This document shows, piece after piece, positions 1-9,929 of a DNA stretch of 64,000 nucleotides. Position 1 is the first letter of the stretch, and every line of letters starts with the position of its first letter. The stretch is taken from NCBI GenBank assembly GCA_025544715.1, contig GCA_025544715.1_4109.3; one strand, given 5' to 3'. The notes beneath the pieces are model-generated. The model saw only the letters and a list, made by a program, of their open reading frames with translations. It was not told the DNA's origin and searched no databases. This stretch comes from Escherichia coli (lineage in GTDB: Bacteria; Pseudomonadota; Gammaproteobacteria; Enterobacterales; Enterobacteriaceae). A program made the translations under genes and the position numbers.

Positions 1-2196
1 ACTTGCAGCGTTTGTTACAACACCACGAGTTGTACCAGCAGGTGGATACCATACATAACTAACACTATCACTATATGCATATGTACGCATTGCAATAGTA
101 CTACCAGGAACTGCAACTTCTTCACCATCAACGTTAGTACTTAGACACCAACCCATATACTGAGCAGCATAATCATAAGCAGTTGTACGACCAACTGAAC
201 CGTTACTTGGTGCATTGTTAGCATTAGTAGCCCATTGTTGTACAGCACTACCGTTTCCGGTTGGATTCAAACGTGCTGGAACGTCAGTAACAATAAATGC
301 AGTTTCTTTACGATCAGTGTTTAAAGTTACACATTCATCAAGTGTTTCAACGTAACCAGGTACACAAATTAGGTTAAAATCAATAAATTCAGAACGAATG
401 TCATCATTACCAATAATAACAGCAGCTAGTGCTTCAACTACTAGTTGACGTTGTGCAGCACGACCAAATAGACCAGCACCATCAAGACTTACACCACTAA
501 CAACTTCCCATTGACCATTAACCATTTTCTTAACAACACCTTCAGTGTTACCTAGGTCAACAGCAAGCATACCATTTTGATACAATGCCGCAGCAGGAAC
601 TTGGCTTGGGAAATTAAAGTCTTGGAAAATCATACCATTTAGTGTACTTTGGTCAGTACTGTCAAGTTTAACCCATTCACCATCAACGTTACGATAGAAA
701 TCATAACCATCAATGCCTTGAGATAAAGGACAAACCCAAATTAAACGGTCAGCCGCTGGTTCGTCAACTTGTACATATTTGTTTTCTTCTTGTACTAGAT
801 CCCATTCATCATTAGCAACATCAGCAACATACATAGTTACAGTTAGATTATCGGAGTTCCCGAAATCATACCAGAGAGTTCCTTCTTTTGCTACACTACG
901 TGGTACTGAATAACTAACACGGAAGTTATTAACGTTAATTAGAGAGTAGTTGTTACTATCTACAGTTAGTTTTTGTAGTTCAGATTCAGCAAAAATATCA
1001 TCACCACTTTGTGTGATTTTGAAACTGTAACCTTTTGTATTGGAAACAACTAAACCACCATTAGTTTCACGTTTAAATTTAAAACCATCGTTAATAATTT
1101 CAGCATTTGCATTTAGATTATTGATGATAGTTTGGGTATTAATAACACCGCCTTGTGGAACTGCTAGTACTTTAACTGATTTATTCAAATAAACAAAAGT
1201 CATATAACTATCAGCACCTGCTTGTTCAATAATAGTTTCACCAAGTGGCAAAGCAGGAGCACTAATTGTTGTTAGTTTTGCACTTTGAATATAGAAAGAG
1301 AAACTCTTACTATCTTCATCAAAACGAGATGCGATATAACTATTGTTTAGTACACCACTTTTCGCTTCAATTTCTTGGAATGAATTACCAGTATATGCTG
1401 GTACAATATTCCAAACTTGAGTTAGGGATGCATAACGTTTAATAACAAAACGAGTACCAAAATAGTTTGAACCATTTTGGGTGTAACCATCACGAATCCA
1501 AATGTTACCTTTTTCTACAGTTGAGCCAACTGGAACTTTGTTAATTGGTGATAGGTAAGTTTCCATTTGCACTAGCCCAGAAGCAGAACGTTTATACATT
1601 AGCATCTGACCATTGCTTGGTTTGTAACGTAGAACTAAATCATCAACATTTAAACCTACTAGACTTACATCTTCAACTTCTTCAGCACTTACAATAGTTA
1701 CTGGCTTAAGTTGCCAATCATAAAAACTGCTTGGACTATCTTTCTTCGCTACATACGCTTCTACTTGTGATTGTGCGGTATCAAACCACAAAGTACCATT
1801 GGATACTGGGCCAGTTGGTGCTTCAGCACTTGGTGCTAGTTGTGCTAGATCGATATCAGCACGAATTACATATGCACGGTTAGTAATGCCTAGATAAGAA
1901 TATACTGCATGTAGGCCATATTCGTTTAGTTCATCACCTTGAACAACAGAACCGTTATTCATTTGAAAAATTGGTGTACCATAGGTATCAAGTGAGCTTT
2001 TTTGTGATGTTAGAAGCTGTAGTTTTCCAGCGTTTGATTTAGTAGTTCCCGCAGCTATTGCACTGCTTCCAGGGACAAGTTTGTCTTCAGCAGTAGCGAT
2101 TACAAATAGTGGTACAGTGCCAGGAGCAGCAGCGGTACTCATACTTTCATCAGTTACTGAAATGGAAACGCCAGGTGAGAGTAGATCTCCTGCCAT
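1..2196 (-). CDS. Tail sheath protein, N-terminal ~730 aa; gene continues beyond window start
   Basis: Own translation from ATG at 2196 (GGAGG RBS 8 nt upstream) is open to position 1; N-terminus MAGDLLSPGVSISV resembles T4 gp18 MTLLSPGIELK from memory; not in ORF track because no stop in window. Confidence 0.6.
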   Translation of the reverse strand, partial: MAGDLLSPGVSISVTDESMSTAAAPGTVPLFVIATAEDKLVPGSSAIAAGTTKSNAGKLQLLTSQKSSLDTYGTPIFQMNNGSVVQGDELNEYGLHAVYSYLGITNRAYVIRADIDLAQLAPSAEAPTGPVSNGTLWFDTAQSQVEAYVAKKDSPSSFYDWQLKPVTIVSAEEVEDVSLVGLNVDDLVLRYKPSNGQMLMYKRSASGLVQMETYLSPINKVPVGSTVEKGNIWIRDGYTQNGSNYFGTRFVIKRYASLTQVWNIVPAYTGNSFQEIEAKSGVLNNSYIASRFDEDSKSFSFYIQSAKLTTISAPALPLGETIIEQAGADSYMTFVYLNKSVKVLAVPQGGVINTQTIINNLNANAEIINDGFKFKRETNGGLVVSNTKGYSFKITQSGDDIFAESELQKLTVDSNNYSLINVNNFRVSYSVPRSVAKEGTLWYDFGNSDNLTVTMYVADVANDEWDLVQEENKYVQVDEPAADRLIWVCPLSQGIDGYDFYRNVDGEWVKLDSTDQSTLNGMIFQDFNFPSQVPAAALYQNGMLAVDLGNTEGVVKKMVNGQWEVVSGVSLDGAGLFGRAAQRQLVVEALAAVIIGNDDIRSEFIDFNLICVPGYVETLDECVTLNTDRKETAFIVTDVPARLNPTGNGSAVQQWATNANNAPSNGSVGRTTAYDYAAQYMGWCLSTNVDGEEVAVPGSTIAMRTYAYSDSVSYVWYPPAGTTRGVVTNAAS

Positions 2197-2290
2197 ATTA
2201 AATCCTCCAAAAATAATTGGTTATTCGAAATATATTCGTATAGTCTTATTTATTGAAGGATTTAATTGTCCAGTCCTTATTGTTTATAAT

Positions 2291-2917
2291 TTATGTATTA
2301 GAATAAATAATGTCCATTGCTTTTTTATGTAAATCATCAATCGTACTGTTATTCTGTACAATTATATCAGGATTGTTTATTCCAATCCAAGCCCACTCAG
2401 ATTCGTGTACTGATTCTAGTTCAACTGGTTTAATATTAATATCCCCTTTATTATAAGAGGCAGCCAAACCATACCAATGTGGTAGAACACGTTGAACTTC
2501 AATAATAGTCCCATTATTTGATCTAATCATTTTTAATTCATTTGGAAAACGGCAATCAGTGATGATGATATTTCCATCTATGTCTTGCATTGATTTTTCT
2601 AAACTGAATACCCAAATATCATTATGAAAATACTTACGCAAAATATTAGTACCATAATTCTGCAATACCCATCGAGGGGATACATCATTACGACCTAACT
2701 TATCACACCAGTACTGATCCGGTTCTTCACGAATCTTACGACTTTCCTTAGTTGACCCCTCAAGCATTTCACGGTCCCATCCAAAGATAGCAGCAACTGA
2801 ATCTTTTAGATTGGTTGCGAATGACATTCGTGTGTAACCATTATTAATAAAAGATTCACCAAATGTATCTTTACCACTTCCAATAGTTCCGTTGATTGCA
2901 ATTATTTGTCTTCCCAT
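2291..2917 (-). CDS. Deoxynucleoside monophosphate kinase (T4 gp1-like)
   Basis: P-loop GTIGSGKDT; segments resembling T4 gp1 as recalled. Confidence 0.75.
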   Translation of the reverse strand: MGRQIIAINGTIGSGKDTFGESFINNGYTRMSFATNLKDSVAAIFGWDREMLEGSTKESRKIREEPDQYWCDKLGRNDVSPRWVLQNYGTNILRKYFHNDIWVFSLEKSMQDIDGNIIITDCRFPNELKMIRSNNGTIIEVQRVLPHWYGLAASYNKGDINIKPVELESVHESEWAWIGINNPDIIVQNNSTIDDLHKKAMDIIYSNT

Positions 2918-2935
2918 TATACTACTCCATGTATT

Positions 2936-3205
2936 TTATATAATTTCTATTAAATCCTTTCCTACTAAACTTTCAAGTAATCCAAGAATTGACTCATTAC
3001 CATAATATATAGAAACATAAGTAATAAAAAATGTTTCCCCATCATCATCACGATATATACTCGCCCATGCATTTATTCGATCTCTACCGATAACATCAAT
3101 GATTGAATCTTTGATAAATTTCCAGTACTTTTCAGTTGATTCATAATCAAGCGTTGGTCTACCACAACGATATCTGTTATACGTTACATTTATGTTATTA
3201 TTCAT
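2936..3205 (-). CDS. Hypothetical protein (89 aa)
   Basis: ORF in co-directional array; no motif recognised. Confidence 0.4.
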   Translation of the reverse strand: MNNNINVTYNRYRCGRPTLDYESTEKYWKFIKDSIIDVIGRDRINAWASIYRDDDGETFFITYVSIYYGNESILGLLESLVGKDLIEII

Positions 3206-3250
3206 GACAAGTTCCTTTAGATTAATATTATCATTATATCACATAATATG

Positions 3251-3275
3251 AAAAAAGACTCCATATAGGAGTCCT
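3251..3275 (-). terminator. Rho-independent terminator
   Basis: Hairpin GGACTCC-TATA-TGGAGTC then T6 on minus strand, after stop of 3282-4088. Confidence 0.6.
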
Positions 3276-3281
3276 TTTAAT

Positions 3282-4088
3282 TTAACCAATAATCATACCG
3301 AGTGGTTCAGCACCATCTTGATAACGTTTCAAACGCTCTTTAAGCTGTTCTTGAAGCTGTAAACCTTCATTGCGTAAGGTATCACCATCCATAGAAAACG
3401 TTCCCTGTGGTCCAGGAAGCGATGCAAATTTAGCACGGTTACGACCCAACATTATCATTGCTTCGGATAAAGCCCAATCACGCAACCAAGGATAACTTTG
3501 CTGCCTTTGGAACAACAATGGTTCAGGAATATTATGATACACGTGTAATAGTACTTCTTCAGTACCACGAATATCACGATCTATAATTAATTTTTTGGTC
3601 ATTGGGTTAAATTGAAATATAATATCACGACCAAACATACGACCTACCAGTTCTTGGAACTGAAAACTAAAATCATATGTAGTTAGATCATATCCACCAG
3701 CATTTCGTGCTGAAGTCAATAAGTAAGTGTTGGTGAATGCTAGAGAAAACGGGTCTACTGAGTTCCCACTACCAGAACTTAAGTAACCATTACCATAACG
3801 ATAAATCTTTTTAACAATTTCAACTTCAGTTGGTAGCATATATACAGATTGTGAATCATAAAATTTCATATTTAAAAATGCTTCTTCTTTAGAAGCAGAA
3901 CTCCACGCTCTGTAATTCGATACCGCATTATCAATTGCAATTTCTAATTGACCATCAGTAATTTCTACCTCAACGGCCCCAGCACCCAACATTTGAGTGA
4001 TAACATCTTTCAGTTTTTCACGATGGTCAAAGTTAGGAGCATCAGGGTTTCCACCCATATAATCGTAAGACATAAAAAAGCACCTCAT
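3282..4088 (-). CDS. Hypothetical protein (268 aa), possibly virion or tail-associated
   Basis: ORF followed by terminator hairpin at 3251-3275; position near sheath; no motif recognised. Confidence 0.45.
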   Translation of the reverse strand: MRCFFMSYDYMGGNPDAPNFDHREKLKDVITQMLGAGAVEVEITDGQLEIAIDNAVSNYRAWSSASKEEAFLNMKFYDSQSVYMLPTEVEIVKKIYRYGNGYLSSGSGNSVDPFSLAFTNTYLLTSARNAGGYDLTTYDFSFQFQELVGRMFGRDIIFQFNPMTKKLIIDRDIRGTEEVLLHVYHNIPEPLLFQRQQSYPWLRDWALSEAMIMLGRNRAKFASLPGPQGTFSMDGDTLRNEGLQLQEQLKERLKRYQDGAEPLGMIIG

Positions 4089-4123
4089 TAATGTTTATAT
4101 ACATTATTTAGAGGTGCTAATAG

Positions 4124-4342
4124 TTATTTTGAATTATACAAGCAGTACAGGTATACCAATGGAGTAAAATGTTCGGAATCTATTATATATATTAACTGAG
4201 TAACATATATTCCATATAGATCTCGTGATTTATCTCTGTACATTAACAATGATTTATTTAAGTAAGGATCAACCCAGTACTTAATATCATTGTACTTCAA
4301 CGTGTTGTTACGGTAACCTGATAGTTTTGAATTTTTATTCAA
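4124..4342 (-). CDS. Hypothetical protein (72 aa)
   Basis: ORF in array. Confidence 0.35.
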   Translation of the reverse strand: MNKNSKLSGYRNNTLKYNDIKYWVDPYLNKSLLMYRDKSRDLYGIYVTQLIYIIDSEHFTPLVYLYCLYNSK

Positions 4343-4712
4343 TTTTCTTACAATTACTCAGTAAGTGAATGATATCATCAGCAGTGAATGGTCCCAATAC
4401 CAGAACTTCTTCACCATTACCGAAAATGCTCAATGGTACTGATTGTTGACCAGCTAGATATTCAATTTGTTCCAGTTCGAAAATGTCATCAGCAGCATAA
4501 ACTACCTGCTCCATTTCATTATCTTTAATCCATGACTGCCAATGTTCTTTAAACTTCTTAGCTTCGTATTCTTGAACATAGTTAGGTGATTCAGGGTTAT
4601 ATTGATGTAACATAGTCATCCCAGCCATTACTAATTCTTTAGGGGATGGTGTAGAATCTTTCAGTACTACGATAGCTTGGATAGTTTTTACTTTAACGTC
4701 ATTAGCAGCCAT
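4335..4712 (-). CDS. Hypothetical protein; possible peptidyl-tRNA hydrolase PTH2-like fold
   Basis: C-terminal VLVLGPFTADDI resembles PTH2 VLGIGPxPADLI from memory; weak. Confidence 0.3.
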   Translation of the reverse strand: MAANDVKVKTIQAIVVLKDSTPSPKELVMAGMTMLHQYNPESPNYVQEYEAKKFKEHWQSWIKDNEMEQVVYAADDIFELEQIEYLAGQQSVPLSIFGNGEEVLVLGPFTADDIIHLLSNCKKIE

Positions 4713-4724
4713 TATATACCTCTA

Positions 4725-5042
4725 TTATAGAATGATTTTATTCTCAGGAACGAAAACTTTTGGAGTGTTTTCGATTGCTTTAATAGCATCAACATAAGCA
4801 TCAACTAATGCAGGGTTTGCATCACTAACACTAATAATGTTGGATTTATAAAAAATAACATTTTTCTCCATACTAACAAACTCTAGATAATCACGAAGAA
4901 TGATTTCACCATTTTCGTCAGTCCCTAGTTGTGCTGGGTAGTTAACTACAACAGCTTCAGCAGAATCGGTTTGAAGAACTGCTAGTACTGGGCCAATGTT
5001 ATTGATGTTTAGTAGTTTAACGGTCATAGTCATTTTTGTCAA
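4725..5042 (-). CDS. Hypothetical protein (105 aa)
   Basis: ORF in array. Confidence 0.4.
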   Translation of the reverse strand: MTKMTMTVKLLNINNIGPVLAVLQTDSAEAVVVNYPAQLGTDENGEIILRDYLEFVSMEKNVIFYKSNIISVSDANPALVDAYVDAIKAIENTPKVFVPENKIIL

Positions 5043-5052
5043 GTCCTTTTGT

Positions 5053-5529
5053 TTATTTTAGAATATATAAGTGTTTTTCTGCATTGACCAGACGGTGATC
5101 AATGATTTCTTTGATAACGTTCCAGTTACCGCCGCCCAAATCGGCTCCAATTTTCGGGAAATGTACATGAACATCTCGATCAACTTTACAAAAATAATTT
5201 AGATGTTTGAACACATCGTCGATTGCATCATAACTGACATATTTAGCACCGTCATTACCGTACATTTTTTGGGTAATACAGTTTGCAATAATCAAATTAT
5301 CGTTAATTGCTGAATATGCAATTTGTCCAATTCTAAGAAATCCCATTTCCTTTTCATATGCTTTATAATCATCATATGCCATTGGATAACGATTTCTTAG
5401 TTCTTTTGCAAAACCTGAACCCATTTTACCCTGTGCGTTACAACCATGAGCAATTATATGTATTGCTGTTTTATCATCTGTTACAGTACTGAATAATTCA
5501 AACAGATTACCTCGGTGTTCATGAATCAT
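5053..5529 (-). CDS. Macro-domain-like (ADP-ribose binding/processing) protein
   Basis: Gly-rich loops HGCNAQGKMGSGFA and FPKIGADLGGGNW resemble macro domain signature. Confidence 0.45.
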   Translation of the reverse strand: MIHEHRGNLFELFSTVTDDKTAIHIIAHGCNAQGKMGSGFAKELRNRYPMAYDDYKAYEKEMGFLRIGQIAYSAINDNLIIANCITQKMYGNDGAKYVSYDAIDDVFKHLNYFCKVDRDVHVHFPKIGADLGGGNWNVIKEIIDHRLVNAEKHLYILK

Positions 5530-5540
5530 TATATTCTCCG

Positions 5541-5568
5541 AAAAGAAAGGACTCTGTGGTCAGAGTCC
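5541..5568 (-). terminator. Rho-independent terminator
   Basis: Hairpin GGACTCTG-ACCA-CAGAGTCC then T-rich tract. Confidence 0.6.
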
Positions 5569-5578
5569 TTATTTTAAA

Positions 5579-5836
5579 TTATTCTTCTTCACCGAAACGG
5601 ATTTTCTTTAATTCTTTTCGATGCTTTCTAGCTATTGTACTTTTGTGAAGTCTATTACTGCGTTTTGTGTCTTTTGTAATGTACCATGAATCTTCTGGTG
5701 CATCATAATCACAAAATCCATCTTCCGTAATTGTTCCTAAAAATGCAGATTTTTTAGGAATATTAGTTTGAGCTTTAGCCTGAAATTGACCTTTTGCTAA
5801 TTGTTCACGAAAACTGAGCATAATAGTATCTCCCAA
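5579..5836 (-). CDS. Hypothetical protein (85 aa)
   Basis: ORF in array; terminator just downstream. Confidence 0.4.
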   Translation of the reverse strand: MGDTIMLSFREQLAKGQFQAKAQTNIPKKSAFLGTITEDGFCDYDAPEDSWYITKDTKRSNRLHKSTIARKHRKELKKIRFGEEE

Positions 5837-5867
5837 ATTGTTAAGAAGAACTTTTTGTTCTTCACAT

Positions 5868-6119
5868 TTATTTAGGGTTGCCAGAAACCTTCACATATTT
5901 GATAAATGCCAAAATATCATCTTTACTAAAAGATTTTACAATAAATTCGACAGCGGAATCATACTGTTCTTGTTTAGATAGATATTCTTTCATCTTGTTA
6001 ATTTTAATCTGGGCTTTTTCTTTAGCTATTGAAATATCAGGAATTTTGAACTCTACTCCCAACGTATCAGCTAGTTGTTTTGCACGAGATGATACTTTTT
6101 CAATATCCATTAGTTCCAA
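5868..6119 (-). CDS. Hypothetical protein (83 aa)
   Basis: ORF in array. Confidence 0.4.
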   Translation of the reverse strand: MELMDIEKVSSRAKQLADTLGVEFKIPDISIAKEKAQIKINKMKEYLSKQEQYDSAVEFIVKSFSKDDILAFIKYVKVSGNPK

Positions 6120-6358
6120 CGACCTTCTTTAAGACCTTCAATAAACCCAGTACAACCACCTGGTACATAAATGTCATTTACGAAAATTTGAGGAACTTGA
6201 CGAACTGGTTCACCACAAATTTCAGACAGTTTTGAACCATCGATACCTTCAGCAACAATATCTACAAACTCCATTTCAAATTTATTTTGTTCACATACAG
6301 CTTTTGCAGTGTCGCAAAATTTACAACCAGTCTTGCGACCATAAATTTTAACTTTCAT
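6110..6358 (-). CDS. nrdC: Glutaredoxin/thioredoxin (NrdC-like)
   Basis: CKFC active-site CxxC in ~80 aa thioredoxin-fold sized protein. Confidence 0.7.
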   Translation of the reverse strand: MKVKIYGRKTGCKFCDTAKAVCEQNKFEMEFVDIVAEGIDGSKLSEICGEPVRQVPQIFVNDIYVPGGCTGFIEGLKEGRWN

Positions 6359-6359
6359 G

Positions 6360-6761
6360 TTATTTCCTTCTATTTCTTTGAAAAGCTTTAACAGCTTTAA
6401 TAATACTGTTACACATTCGTTCAGTCAAATACTTTTGACATTCTCGTACATCAATGTACATGAACTTATCCAATTCTGGATGACTCTTACCATATCTATT
6501 AGTGTAAGTACTTTTACAAACTAATTCATCTGGTATTGGTTTGTCTTTGGCAGTATAAAAGAAAAGTACTAACCTTTTTCCCTTTCTATAGGATACATCA
6601 CCAAGAAACAGAAGATCATCTTCATCGATTTCGTATCCTGTCTCTTCGAAACATTCACGTACAGCAGCTTCTTTGAAAGTTTCATTACCCTCAGCTTTCC
6701 CTTTAGGTAAATCCCAATGATTCTGTCCGTGTTGTATGTCCGATAAGTATCTGACCATCAC
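6360..6761 (-). CDS. Nudix hydrolase
   Basis: Canonical Nudix box GKAEGNETFKEAAVRECFEETGY. Confidence 0.75.
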   Translation of the reverse strand: MMVRYLSDIQHGQNHWDLPKGKAEGNETFKEAAVRECFEETGYEIDEDDLLFLGDVSYRKGKRLVLFFYTAKDKPIPDELVCKSTYTNRYGKSHPELDKFMYIDVRECQKYLTERMCNSIIKAVKAFQRNRRK

Positions 6762-6868
6762 GATAAAATATTATACCACAACTATAACGCATATCTTATC
6801 TCTTTGTCATCAATCGATGTTCAGATACTAATAATTATATCAGTTATTGGTTTTTTGTCCCACTATTT

Positions 6869-7981
6869 TTAGAACATTTGTTTGATTGCTTCGTAACGAA
6901 GTTCACAAACAAAATCACGAATTTCTGACGTTTCAAGTTCACCATCTTTAACCATTTGCTGAATATCAGGTAATTCAACATCAGTATAACGATCATAAAC
7001 TTTAATAATTAGATCTTCAAGTTCTAAATCAATTTCTTTTCGCAAAATGAAGTATTCCAAAACTTTATAAAGGAATTCTTCACCTCCGTTATTTTTAATA
7101 TTCATATCCAATAAAATATTACCCATTTCAATTGGGGTCTTTTTACGGAATGTTTTGATATCATCACGGAAACGTTTGATATAATTACTAAATTTAACAT
7201 ACTTAACTGGAACTTTAATAGCACCGTTAAGTACTGAATCATTATTTACTTCTTCATTTTCTAGAAGAATAGACCACAGAAAATATGGTTTATATACATC
7301 AGTACAGTTATCTGAAATATAATCAATAAGGTCTAAATTCTTTTTGGTCAAAGATGTATTAAACACCTTTTCGTAATAACCAAATTTACTTAGCGTCTTA
7401 AGGAACTTTGAAGGCTTTTCTTCAGAAAATGCTTTTTCGAATTCCACAAAAACACGGTCAGGAACAAGATGATTTAGCTCACCACTATTGACCATTCCAA
7501 TAGCGAGTTCCTCAGTGCTTTCATGAATAGTAAAGTCTGAATAACGAGTAGCAAATCGAGCAAGACGTAACACGCGTAATGGATCTTCTTTAAAATGGTC
7601 AGAAACATGACGTAGTACCTTGTTCTTGATATCAGCTTTACCACCGTATGGATCGATGTGAATTTGTAGTACTGGATCATACGCAATTGCATTAATTGTA
7701 AGGTCACGGCGATACAAATCTTGTTCTAGTGTTACGCCTTTTGTATCCACTTCAAAGCCACCATATCCAGTACCAGTTTTACGCTCAGTACGGGCTAATG
7801 CGTGTTCATTACCTTCTGGACTTAGATATACTGGGAAATCCTTACCTACTTGCTTATAGCCAATACTTTGCAAGTACTTAAGATCAGATTCGGATGCACC
7901 AACAATGACATAATCTTTGTCTTTTGCACGAAGACCCATTAAACGGTCACGGACGTAACCGCCAACCAAATACTTTTTCAT
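6869..7981 (-). CDS. cca: tRNA nucleotidyltransferase (CCA-adding enzyme / poly(A) polymerase family)
   Basis: Head-domain motifs GGYVRDRLMG...DKDYV and RRDLTINA. Confidence 0.75.
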   Translation of the reverse strand: MKKYLVGGYVRDRLMGLRAKDKDYVIVGASESDLKYLQSIGYKQVGKDFPVYLSPEGNEHALARTERKTGTGYGGFEVDTKGVTLEQDLYRRDLTINAIAYDPVLQIHIDPYGGKADIKNKVLRHVSDHFKEDPLRVLRLARFATRYSDFTIHESTEELAIGMVNSGELNHLVPDRVFVEFEKAFSEEKPSKFLKTLSKFGYYEKVFNTSLTKKNLDLIDYISDNCTDVYKPYFLWSILLENEEVNNDSVLNGAIKVPVKYVKFSNYIKRFRDDIKTFRKKTPIEMGNILLDMNIKNNGGEEFLYKVLEYFILRKEIDLELEDLIIKVYDRYTDVELPDIQQMVKDGELETSEIRDFVCELRYEAIKQMF

Positions 7982-8116
7982 GTTATTCCCCCATCAACCA
8001 ATCACGTAGACGTTCCCAGAAGCCTTTTGGTTGGTATTCTGGGTATTCATATTCATCAGTGCCTTGCTCGGAAACACCCCAATCTTCTTCTAGCATAGCA
8101 ATCATAATGCCTCCAA

Positions 8117-8539
8117 TTAAATTAATCTGTCACGTAGACGGTCGTAATATTTTTTGTGTATAGCTAGTATACACTGATATGCAGAATAGTCAATACCAAA
8201 TGTATCATCAATGAACATGTACTGATCAAGTGTTTCGGGTCCATTATCATCAACTGGTAATGTCCCTTCTTTTTTTGATAGTGTGTGCCACATCAACTCA
8301 CTTTCAATATGGTGAGTTGCGTATGTCAATTCTATCTTACTTTTTCGTAGTAAAATTAACAATTCATCATTGTCGTCGAGTGCATTACGAAATTTAATAC
8401 GAACTGTACCCTGGAAATTATTAGTGTACATAACACGATGATGATTGTATGAAATCAAACCACGCCTTTCAGTACTGATTTCGTGTTCAGCAAAGTACTT
8501 TAACGTTTCATTAAATTTTGGAATTTTAGTAACGTCCAA
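8117..8539 (-). CDS. Hypothetical protein, tandem paralog A
   Basis: Shares YMFIDDTFGIDYSAYQ-like block with adjacent ORF 8526-8942. Confidence 0.5.
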   Translation of the reverse strand: MDVTKIPKFNETLKYFAEHEISTERRGLISYNHHRVMYTNNFQGTVRIKFRNALDDNDELLILLRKSKIELTYATHHIESELMWHTLSKKEGTLPVDDNGPETLDQYMFIDDTFGIDYSAYQCILAIHKKYYDRLRDRLI

Positions 8540-8942
8540 TCACATAATCCTCATAAAGTTCGTATACCCTCATTATACTCTGATATGTATCAAAGTCAAT
8601 ACCAAAGGTATCCTCAATGAACTGATATTGCAAAAACTCTTCCTCTGTGGCAGCAATAGGAAGAGTCCCGTTTCGTTGTTCTGGGGATTGAACATCCTCA
8701 ATATACATCAACACTATACCTTCATCCAGATTTATATCTATCATAAAAACATCTTCACTATAAAATATGTTATATGTACGGATGAAGAGATTTCCTGTTC
8801 TATCATAACTTGACACGTGTGTTTCATAATACATTTTATCTAAACTAAAGAACAAACCTGTACTATCTGGCTTTTTAGTATTTTTTAATTTAATTTCGAT
8901 AGCATCAATAATAGGTTTAATATCAAACTTTTTCATAGACAA
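8526..8942 (-). CDS. Hypothetical protein, tandem paralog B
   Basis: Shares YQFIEDTFGIDFDTYQ block with 8117-8539. Confidence 0.5.
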   Translation of the reverse strand: MSMKKFDIKPIIDAIEIKLKNTKKPDSTGLFFSLDKMYYETHVSSYDRTGNLFIRTYNIFYSEDVFMIDINLDEGIVLMYIEDVQSPEQRNGTLPIAATEEEFLQYQFIEDTFGIDFDTYQSIMRVYELYEDYVIGRY

Positions 8943-9118
8943 ATCACATACTTATTACTATGTGGGTCGTAACAATATGAATCATTTACCTTAATACCAG
9001 GCTTAAGTTCAATAGTTGTTCCTGTTTCAGTACTGGATTCCGCATCACAGTAAATCATCACACCAACTCCTGCGAGTAATGCTACGATACATACAATTAC
9101 ACCAATGGTATATTCCAT
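8933..9118 (-). CDS. Small membrane protein (61 aa)
   Basis: Hydrophobic N-terminal segment. Confidence 0.4.
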   Translation of the reverse strand: MEYTIGVIVCIVALLAGVGVMIYCDAESSTETGTTIELKPGIKVNDSYCYDPHSNKYVICL

Positions 9119-9131
9119 TTCAATTCCTCGG

Positions 9132-9527
9132 TTATAAAAAGTAATTATACATTTTATTGTACAATATAAAAAGATCTTTCACATTATCATAAGTAATATC
9201 AGATACATCATGAATTAATGATAACTGAAAAAATGAAGCTTCGTCTATTTCTGCTGGAATTATAACATCACCATCGTCTTCGTCCATTTTATTAGTGTAG
9301 TATTTTATGTGATCTACATTCAACTCAATAGAGAACGCAATGTTGGTTTTTGTATAATCTTCAATTAATCCAATATATTGAGATTTTTCATTAATAAAAA
9401 ATCCAATCCCAATACAACGGTTATCTGTATATGGATAGTACCATCTATTAATAACTAGGTGTTCAGGTAAGTCCATATCATGTGTTGATATTAGAGATTT
9501 TACAATTTCCATCCAGGAATAATTCAT
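9132..9527 (-). CDS. Hypothetical protein (131 aa)
   Basis: ORF in array. Confidence 0.45.
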   Translation of the reverse strand: MNYSWMEIVKSLISTHDMDLPEHLVINRWYYPYTDNRCIGIGFFINEKSQYIGLIEDYTKTNIAFSIELNVDHIKYYTNKMDEDDGDVIIPAEIDEASFFQLSLIHDVSDITYDNVKDLFILYNKMYNYFL

Positions 9528-9542
9528 AATTAAAACTCCATA

Positions 9543-9569
9543 AGAAAAGGGACAGAATTAATCTGTCCC
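9543..9569 (-). terminator. Rho-independent terminator after hpf
   Basis: Hairpin GGGACAGA-loop-TCTGTCCC then T-rich tract. Confidence 0.6.
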
Positions 9570-9580
9570 TTTAGTCTATA

Positions 9581-9913
9581 TTACTCTTCGTTTTCTGTCA
9601 AATCATCAAGAACTGGGTGTTCTGGATGGTTTCGGCGGTGTAATTTAATGCTTTTGTCTTTACTGAATACAGTTTCCATCTTATCAAAAGATTCAACAAT
9701 TGCTTTATACAAATCAGCATCATCAGCAGTGACTGATTTACTACCAGCAGTTAAAGTTACAGCATATTGAGTTTTATGCTCTTTCTTAACATGAACACCA
9801 ATGTCTAGTACTGAAGAAGTACGGTACTTATCCAGACTTTTTGCTTCATTGTAAATAGCATCTTGGATTGCTGGAGTGATATCAACGTTGCCTTGAATAT
9901 TTAGATTTAGCAT
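9581..9913 (-). CDS. hpf: Ribosome hibernation promoting factor (HPF/RaiA family)
   Basis: N-terminus MLNLNIQGNVDITPAIQDAI...KSLDKY parallels E. coli HPF MQLNITGNNVEITEALREFV...KLEQY from memory. Confidence 0.7.
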   Translation of the reverse strand: MLNLNIQGNVDITPAIQDAIYNEAKSLDKYRTSSVLDIGVHVKKEHKTQYAVTLTAGSKSVTADDADLYKAIVESFDKMETVFSKDKSIKLHRRNHPEHPVLDDLTENEE

Positions 9914-9929
9914 ATTTCACCTTCCTTTT

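Noticed and set aside
2197-2290. T4 late promoter upstream of the sheath gene
   Set aside because: Only near-matches (AATAAATA on the minus strand) are present; the exact TATAAATA box was found only at 33131-33138 and 46256-46263, so late-promoter calls are tentative.
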